The notes under the pieces were generated by a model. The model saw only the letters and a list, made by a program, of their open reading frames with translations, ran no database searches and had not been told where the DNA came from. DNA of 64,000 nucleotides, taken from NCBI GenBank assembly GCA_026023565.1, contig JAPETS010000022.1, forward strand, positions 372,001 through 436,000. The letters run 5' to 3'. A program made the position numbers and the translations under genes. Each line of letters begins with the position of its first letter. Within the stretch, counting starts at the first letter, position 1. The DNA comes from Cirrosporium novae-zelandiae. Lineage: Eukaryota. Below are positions 56,776-64,000 of the stretch, in pieces.

Positions 56776-58719
56776 ATGGCATCATCCAAGCGTCCAATGT
56801 TCACAGCGGAATCATCGGAAAGCCCCCCTCCAAGTCCTAGAAAGCGACGTATGTGGCTCCGTGAATCGGACGAAGCAGACGGAGACATGAGTATCGAAGA
56901 TTACCTCTATGCCTGCGATGGTTATCGAAAAACTACGGCCTTGCCTCGTTACCCACTGCCATTAATTGTGAGGGATCTCCCGCCTCATTTGCAGGGCAAT
57001 AGGCTTGCTGCAATATGGGGTCCTTTAGAGCAAATACTTTCCAGTTTCGGAATACAAGAGGGACATTATTTTGCCTCAATTGTATGTCTCGAGAAATTTG
57101 GTTATTTGCCTATGTCAAAAATCCCAACTTTAAGAGTTGAGATCAAGAGTGACAAAACACAAAAATGGTCTGAAATACGCAACGTTCTCAAGAAATGCCT
57201 TAGTGACAACGCCTTCCCGGAAGTACAGGTCGAAATCATACATCCAGACAAGTGCTTTCTCCCTTCGTTATTCACAATACCTTCATCCCACCCTAGTATA
57301 TCCATCTACAATTCAATCAGAGATCAACTGGTGGAATTAGTAGATCAAAGATTACGTACTGCCTGGCTTTCGATGTGTATTTACAAGATTGGAAGAACCG
57401 AGAGTGTCGCTACATTTGCTGTTGTAGTGCACGTTACACCTTTCGCGCACTGCAATTGGAATCTGCTTAAAGTTGACCTGGAGCAAATGATCAGACCCCG
57501 TGCACCACGAGGCCAGATTATAGGAGTCGAATTTCTGCCAGCACTCCTTACTTCGGCAAATACGAGTAGCGAAATAATCACAATGTTCGGGCGACTACTT
57601 CCGAATATCTCCCGCACACCGAAGATGGGAATGAGCGTTGGAGTTGAAGGTAGAGCGAGTTCGGGTACTCTGGCTTGCTTTGTTGATCTAACTGTCGGCC
57701 AAAAAGTTCATCATGGAGTATTAACAAACTACCATATTATTGAACCATTGGAAAATGCACCAGCACAAGTAAAGAAGCAAGCAGCTCTCTATGGCACAGG
57801 ATATTTCACTTCTTCAGATGGTACAGCAACGAAAGCCATCTTTCCCTCCGAGGAGGACAGTAAAGAACTCCAAACAATAGCCGCGACCAACGTAACTCAG
57901 GTTCAGAAAGAAGTAACTGATGCTCGTGAACTAAAAGAGATGAAAGAAGTGATGGGAGATAATACAACTGCTGCTTCTAACATGTTAGCTCATACTCAAA
58001 GAGTTTTAAAAGAATTGCAGGAACTCAAATCTATTACCGATACAATGCCTATAACTTTGGGGAAAGTTCTTTTATCTTCCGGAAAGCTCATTGGAAACAA
58101 TAATATGTTTATTGATTGGGCATTCGTCGAATTGAAAAGAGACGCTGGTAACGATTGGGTTGGGAATAAAAATATCCTTCCTGAACGTAACTCGGCAGTC
58201 CCTCCACCATCAGCATATGGCGTCCAGAGCACCTATTTGTACAGCCATGAAAACCCCAGGCCACAAGGGTTTTCAAAAATGATACCAAACAGCTGGTATC
58301 TTAAAACGGGCCGCAGTTCCAGAATCACCACTGGCATTTGCCATGGGACTGAAGTCTTCACTAATTGCGCTGGGCAAGAGCTGAGTCGTTATAACACCAA
58401 GGGTGAGAGGATTCAGACCAGAAACCATATCACTAAAGCGTGGATTGTTATTGGGAAAGCAGGTAGTGGGGATCCAGCACAGGGTGATTTTTGTTCCCCC
58501 GGCGATTCTGGTTCTGCGATAATCGATAATAAGACTTTTATTGCAGGCCTTCTTTTTGGAGAGCTGACGGGGCTCTGTGGAAACAAGCATAACCAAGTCG
58601 TTGGCGCCGGTTTGGTGTGCTGTATGGACCAAGTCGTGGCTGATATCGAAAATGCGGCAACCCATCGAGATAGGTCGGGTCGTGTTGATGGAGCTCCCGC
58701 CAAATTGACCTTGACTTGA
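56776..58719 (+). CDS. Intronless trypsin-fold (PA clan) serine protease-like protein, Ssy5/NAL1-like, with long N-terminal region and coiled-coil insert
   Basis: SGTLACFV; GVLTNYH (His320); IDWAFV (Asp447); KTGRSSRITTG; FCSPGDSGSAII (Ser578); GLLFG. No signal peptide. Confidence 0.8.
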   Translation: MASSKRPMFTAESSESPPPSPRKRRMWLRESDEADGDMSIEDYLYACDGYRKTTALPRYPLPLIVRDLPPHLQGNRLAAIWGPLEQILSSFGIQEGHYFASIVCLEKFGYLPMSKIPTLRVEIKSDKTQKWSEIRNVLKKCLSDNAFPEVQVEIIHPDKCFLPSLFTIPSSHPSISIYNSIRDQLVELVDQRLRTAWLSMCIYKIGRTESVATFAVVVHVTPFAHCNWNLLKVDLEQMIRPRAPRGQIIGVEFLPALLTSANTSSEIITMFGRLLPNISRTPKMGMSVGVEGRASSGTLACFVDLTVGQKVHHGVLTNYHIIEPLENAPAQVKKQAALYGTGYFTSSDGTATKAIFPSEEDSKELQTIAATNVTQVQKEVTDARELKEMKEVMGDNTTAASNMLAHTQRVLKELQELKSITDTMPITLGKVLLSSGKLIGNNNMFIDWAFVELKRDAGNDWVGNKNILPERNSAVPPPSAYGVQSTYLYSHENPRPQGFSKMIPNSWYLKTGRSSRITTGICHGTEVFTNCAGQELSRYNTKGERIQTRNHITKAWIVIGKAGSGDPAQGDFCSPGDSGSAIIDNKTFIAGLLFGELTGLCGNKHNQVVGAGLVCCMDQVVADIENAATHRDRSGRVDGAPAKLTLT

Positions 58720-58854
58720 TACGGGATACAGACAGAGATGGTTTGGGAGCACCTATTGGGTGGATGGAGAAATTGGTGGTTTGAGAGCGCCTATTAGGTA
58801 GATTAAAGAAATTGAATGCTGGTTTTGATGAGTTATCTGTTTACTTTCGATTGG

Positions 58855-59289
58855 TAGCACTAAGTAGGGGCGCAAGGTGATCAATAATAATAAGTGAGAG
58901 TGGGGAGGAGGAGTAGCAAAACGATAGCTGCGATAGTCATAGTCATAGTCATAATTATAATTTAGTCTAACTAATTAACATATCCAGAGTTCCAAAGAGT
59001 TATAATTCTCCCAGAGAGTGTTTAGGGGAGGGGAGTTTAGATCTCCTCCCTCCTTCCTCCTTCTCCCTTCCCCCTCCGCCTCCAAAAAAAAATCAAATAA
59101 GTAATTAAGTCCTCAGTCATAGCTGTCATAGCTATCAAGTGTTGAGGTCTAGTGGAACTGGGGAGTCGATGTCTTGTTCCAAATTCCTAGGTTCCTAGGT
59201 ATTGAATCTTTGATCTTTATCTCTCGTAACTCGTGAGGAGGAGGTTAGGGTTTACATACATACTCTATATACATTGCTCTAGGAATCTA
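58855..59289 (+). repeat. Copy 1 of a ~430-470-bp local direct duplication (copy 2 at ~60128-60598)
   Basis: Shared ordered blocks: TAGCAC..AGTAGGGG..GGTGATC..TAGCAAAACGA..GTCATAGTCAT..GATCTCCTCCC..poly-A TCAA..TTCCTAGGTATTG..ATCTTTATCTCTC..GGTTAGGGTTTAC..TACATTGCTCTAGGA. Confidence 0.75.
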
Positions 59290-59403
59290 CAGTGTTGGCA
59301 ATAGACCAGACCGACCAGACCGACCCCCTTGGTCTGGTCGGTCTAAGATCTATAGACCGTCTATGGTAGACCGTCTATTTAGTCTGGTCTATTGATAATA
59401 CTG
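59290..59403. mobile_element. Complete 114-bp MITE, family A
   Basis: CAGTGTTGGCAATAGACCAGAC...GTCTGGTCTATTGATAATACTG; 103/114 identical to 19270-19383. Confidence 0.85.
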
Positions 59404-60127
59404 TTTGTAATTAACAAGTTACGGATGGATGGATGGATACGTTTATATAAATAGCTTATTGATAATAACTGTTATATATAGTAAATAGCATTGTATACCA
59501 GATATAATTATATAAAGATCTAATAATTACGCTAAAGGTTACCTACACTCCTTGAATAAATAAATAACAAAAAAAAACCCAAATTTCCAACCCCTAATTA
59601 TTATAACCATAACCATCCATTTATTTTACATTTACATCCCCCCCCCCCCCCCCACAAAAAAATATAAAGATCCTGGGGAGGTCTTCAAACCAAAAACTCT
59701 GCTTTTAGGGAGAGCAGTAGTATGCTCGATGATAAATTCTATATACTGTGTCCTGCGTCCTATGCACTGAAAAAGTAAAATTCTATATTCTCTAGTCTCT
59801 ATAGTAACACTAAAGCTTTATATTTATTTATTTGTTTATTTATTTATTTATAATTTACTTCTATATCTACAAGATTAGTGCGCGTATAAGTAAAACGGGG
59901 TATTGAATACCCTGTTCACCGTATGTGTTCGTAATAGGGAGGGGGCGGAGGGGAGAGAGAGAGGGAATGAGTTTTAAGAATTTTTAATCAGGATATGTAA
60001 CATGTACTTACTATATTCATCCATCTATCTATATACAAGCGGTATATAGTTATATATAAGTAATGAGTTTTCTCTATTGGGAGAGCTTATTCTTCTTCTT
60101 GATTTGGGGGACTCCTTGACACAACTA

Positions 60128-60598
60128 TAGCACCGGAGGGAGGAGAGGGGGGAGTAGGGGAAAGTAAAGGGGTGATCTATATATAATATCAGTGGAATGG
60201 AAGTGGAATGGGGAGGGAGGGAATAGCAAAACGACATATCTGTCATAGTCATTATAATAACGTATCCAAAAAGTTTAGACTTCTCTCGGGCGAAGGGTTT
60301 TGGGATCTCCTCCCCCCCTCCTCCTCCTTCCCTCCTTCTCTCCTCACCAAAAAAAAAAATCAATCCTACCATATTCCAATAAATAAATGTTCTATCGTCT
60401 AGTAGAACTCGGTTTCAAGTTTCAAGTTTCGAGTTTCGAGTTTCGAGTTCCAACTTCCTAGATTCCTAGGTATTGGATCTTTATCTCTCATGACTCGTGA
60501 CTCGTGACTCATGAGGATGGGGTTAGGGTTTACGTACATACATACATGGATACATACATTGCTCTAGGAGTCTAGGAGTCTAGGAATCTAGGAATCTA
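60128..60598 (+). repeat. Copy 2 of the local direct duplication
   Basis: See 58855-59289. This copy has slippage expansions (TCGTGAC, TCTAGGA(G/A) units). Confidence 0.75.
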
Positions 60599-60966
60599 GG
60601 TAGAATGGAAGGGATTTCGGGGGTTGGAGTGGAAGATGGAGATGGAAGGAGAGGAAAGTGGGTATTAATATTCCATGCATGTATATATATATATATGTAA
60701 AGTTGGAATGTTGGAACAATATCAAAGGGAAAGGGAAAAAAAGAGAGAGAACGAAAGAGAAAAAAAAAGGGAGGGCGAAGGGGGGGAAAGGAAAGGTTAG
60801 AGATAACATACATATATACATAGATATAAGTGGTAGCTCAACTAACTAGCTAAAAATTAACAGTAATAGTCATGATAATTTATAATGATGATGACAATAG
60901 ACTACTTGGTAGAAATATCACAGCTAATCCCAACAAACTGAATTAAAACTAGCTACTACTACTTAC

Positions 60967-62885
60967 TTACACAGGCGTACCCGCAACTCTAAACGGATGC
61001 GCCTCGGTATTATACACGAATTGGTTTTTTCCGTTATGGAAGACTTGGTAGGGAGAGTCCTGTAATGTATGATGCGATTGGCATTCATGGTTAGTAGAAG
61101 TTCGCTTGGTTGGGAATGGGAATAGGGTAGGGGTAGAGCAAAGGTTAAAAAGAAAAGGGAAAGGGCGATTGAGACTTACATCAGCATGAATCAAAAACGC
61201 ATACTTCATAACCTCCGCAAACAAAAAGCTCTCCTGCAAATCCTCCTTCTCCCCCCCACCAACCACATTCACATTTCCAATCTCTGTAAACCCTGTACTC
61301 GTCCTCGTCGTGGTGTTAATGGCCACAAACGCCTCCCACGCCCAATCAGCATAGGTCCCGTTACCCGTTGCGCGGTACGCATAGTAATACGATTCTATAA
61401 CCTCAGGACGAAGGTCGTATATCGCGTCCTCGATCCAGAAGCCCGTGCGGTTGTAGAAGGCGGTGTCATTTGCGGGCAGGGTGGTGGTGTTCCACTCGAA
61501 GATTTCGGGGCCGATACCCGTGGCCGTTTGAGCGTAGGTGGCGCGGCAACCTTGCACGAGGGCGAGGCCGTAGTCTGTGTAGGTGGAGTTTTGCAGGGCG
61601 GTGCCGGCGAGGATGAAGTTTCCGCCGTCAAAACAGGAGAGGTGTTCGGAGTAGAGGTCTGGGGTGGTTCCGTCGAAGGCGGCGAGGAAGGTGAGGTCCG
61701 GTCGGGAACTCGGGTGGGAGGTTAGGTATTTGATCGTTGAATCGGCAGCTTCCTCCCATGCATCTGCGTAGGAGCTGTACTTGTCGCTGTCATATATGTA
61801 CATCTTTATTAGATACTCGTAGTAGCTATCGCTACCTCCAACCCATCCTCCGCTGTTGGTTGTGAAGTCTCCACTAACAGTACTTAAATCCTGGCCAATC
61901 AGCCCTGGAAACGGTTCCCCATAGCCCGGATTTAGAGGATTGAGGAGGTAGGCCTCGGCTTTCGAGGCAAGAGTGCAGTACGAAGTGTCATTAGTGAGAT
62001 CAGATAATCGGCACCATTCCAAAACGAGTGTTCCAGCTTCAGCGATATTAGCCGTGTTGGAAGAAGAAGAGGTAGTATTGGTAGTGAAGTTGAGGGTATT
62101 CAAGGGGATGCCAGTGGGCGTATTGAAACCAGTCTTTAATAAGTTTGCGATATTTTTAGACTGGGTGAGGAGAGCATTGACATTAGAGGTAGAGTTTGCA
62201 AGATGAGATAGGGGCCCTGTGAGCAGGTCATAGGCACTCATCATGCCACCTAGGTAGCGAATGTTGGTTTCGAATAGACTGACACTGGTACTGGTATGTC
62301 GAAAATCGATTGTAGGTATGTAGTCGAGAATTTGGTTGACGATATCAGGGAGTTCCATCACGAGAGCGGTACTGAGAGCGTCGACGGCGCTTGCACCTAC
62401 ATAAAATGATTAGAAGGGACAACAGAGTGAAATAAAGGCTGCAATCGAGTTGTGGTTGCGGTAGTGGGAAAATTAGCAACACCCTCCTAATGATTTTTTT
62501 TTCATCCTCGAGAATTATATGCAGTATCTAAGAGATTCTCGAGTCCTAGGACTGCAGAGTATGCTAATCAAACTAAAAGATCGCTCACCCCAACCATTTC
62601 TATTAAAAGATATTAGTGTAAAATATGCTTAGTTTGTTGATACATGTTGTAAATTCACCTAGACTCTCCACAGGTATTAGACACAGGGAGCAGTTCGTCA
62701 TAACCCCAGCAAAGGCTGCTATATCCATTCCAGGCAAATATAAAGGCCTCTTTAACTGCATCAGCTCTTTCCTTACTCTGTCTCTTAACGATAGTATGTG
62801 GGGTATAGGTTGGCGCTCCAAGGACGCCGATTTGAAGGAGAATGATAGACCCTAGGCCCACCAAAGGCATAGAAGAGAAGTGCAT
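60967..62885 (-). CDS. Class I alpha-1,2-mannosidase (GH47), secreted Aspergillus/Penicillium MsdS type, multi-exon
   Basis: Signal peptide; RADAVKEAFIFAWNGY..GYDELLPVS; GWG/ASAVDALST; SLFETNIRYLGG; AEAGTLVLEW; GGSDSYYEYLIK; EHLSCFDGG; TGIGPE; LRPEVIES; QESFLFAEVMKY; FVYNTEAHP. Confidence 0.95.
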
Positions 62886-64000
62886 GTTTGTTGAGCAAAG
62901 GCTCGTGCCTCATGTATAGGGAATTGATACAATAATCAACCAAGGGAATGATAGAAGGTACCAAGGAGCGGATAAGAATAGAACAACGTGAAGAGAATGA
63001 AAGGACAGCGAAAGCGTATAGGAAAGTAAAAATCAAAACAATCGAGAGAAAAGCATTATCAATAAATAGCTTGACCAGAGAAATATCCTTGTGAGGAATA
63101 TCTAGGAGCAAGGATGGAAGGAAGCACGAGTTCATGGGTGGTCATATTGACGATATATTCTACTTTTGGTGTATGAATGGAAATGATGACGGAGAAGCTG
63201 CAGGTCCGGTGGATTTATCTTGTGATAGGACCATAACCTGCGTGATGTTAGATTAGGGGTGCGGATCTGGGAAAGAGGTTGATGGGTGTGGTCGATGTGG
63301 TTGGCCAAAATTGGTGTGGTGGGCTAAAGTTGGGAGGGTCCCCCGTGGTAGCGTAATTGATCCCGTTCGGTCCGACGCGCCGCCCCTTTACATACAATGC
63401 ACTCACACCGTGACACCTAATCAATCTACCCCTCAGCGCTATCAGCAAGATATCAGTGAGACACCAGGTACCAACCATGTAAATCTTCTCCTTTTTGTAA
63501 ACAACCCTCTCAATTGTTTATCTATTGAAATAATGTTCGAAACAGAGCAGGGGATCAATCGCTTTATCGTCAAAAGGAGGAAACAATTCCAGTTAGACCA
63601 CGAGATCTGGATTCATTTAACATGTATTGAATATATTTCATCCGGCTCTTCTGGATTTGTTTTCCCTCCGACGAGATGATGTTTGCACTCCTGGTATCAT
63701 ATTTCCATCAATCATGACTTTTACAAGGAAATATTTAATATACTTACCTCACAGCTTAGATAAATATCCTCTTTCAATCCAACCTCTGCTTCGTATCCTA
63801 GGATCTTCTTTGCCTTGTTCCCGCTCATGTATTCGATACTACACCTATCCCCGATACTACCTCAACTCAATATCATTCATTACTCTAGTAAGCTAGGTCC
63901 AGATATCAGTCAAGGTGCTGATACTTCCGCAACCCGCTACGGGATTCTCACTTCAGACAGTGGATGTCCAGATTCCCTCCAAGCCGTATGTTGGAATTAT

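Noticed and set aside
59243..59253. TTAGGG telomere-like motifs (also ~60521 and ~16217)
   Set aside because: They are isolated single units, not arrays.
61186..61725. 179-aa antisense ORF (and similar antisense ORFs over FAH, hsp30, MFS and PLB)
   Set aside because: They are shadows of GC3-rich sense genes.

Overview
Eukaryotic DNA from a filamentous ascomycete (Pezizomycotina, Eurotiomycete-like): short GT-AG introns with CTAAC/CTGAC-type branch sites, and long AT-rich, microsatellite-rich spacers. The left part (0-24 kb) holds mostly housekeeping genes: Arp2/3 subunit ARPC1/ARC40, a U1A/U2B'' RRM protein, ATG10, a large N-myristoylation-motif protein, an FAH-family hydrolase, SDH6/SDHAF1, an Hsp20/Hsp30, a lysophospholipase and a PQ-loop protein. 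ATG10 and SDH6 are absent from the ORF track and were spliced by hand. The right part (24.6-60.6 kb) is an accessory, transposon-scarred region. It holds a decayed HeLo-like/kinase-like gene, a divergent TauD dioxygenase + MFS pair, an intact NACHT-ankyrin NLR-like gene with an extra C-terminal beta-rich domain, a broken second NACHT gene, and an AKR/cupin/bZIP-DUF3425 trio. It also holds an intronless 647-aa trypsin-fold (Ssy5/NAL1-like) serine protease with a coiled-coil insert, surrounded by repeats. A GH47 alpha-1,2-mannosidase closes the window. At least two families of non-autonomous TIR elements (MITEs) recur; in both, the two arms of a copy co-vary. The best candidate for an undescribed system is a possible fungal innate-immunity/cell-death island (NLRs + HeLo-kinase + protease), but that link is inference from co-location only. 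All family assignments come from motifs read by eye, not from database searches.
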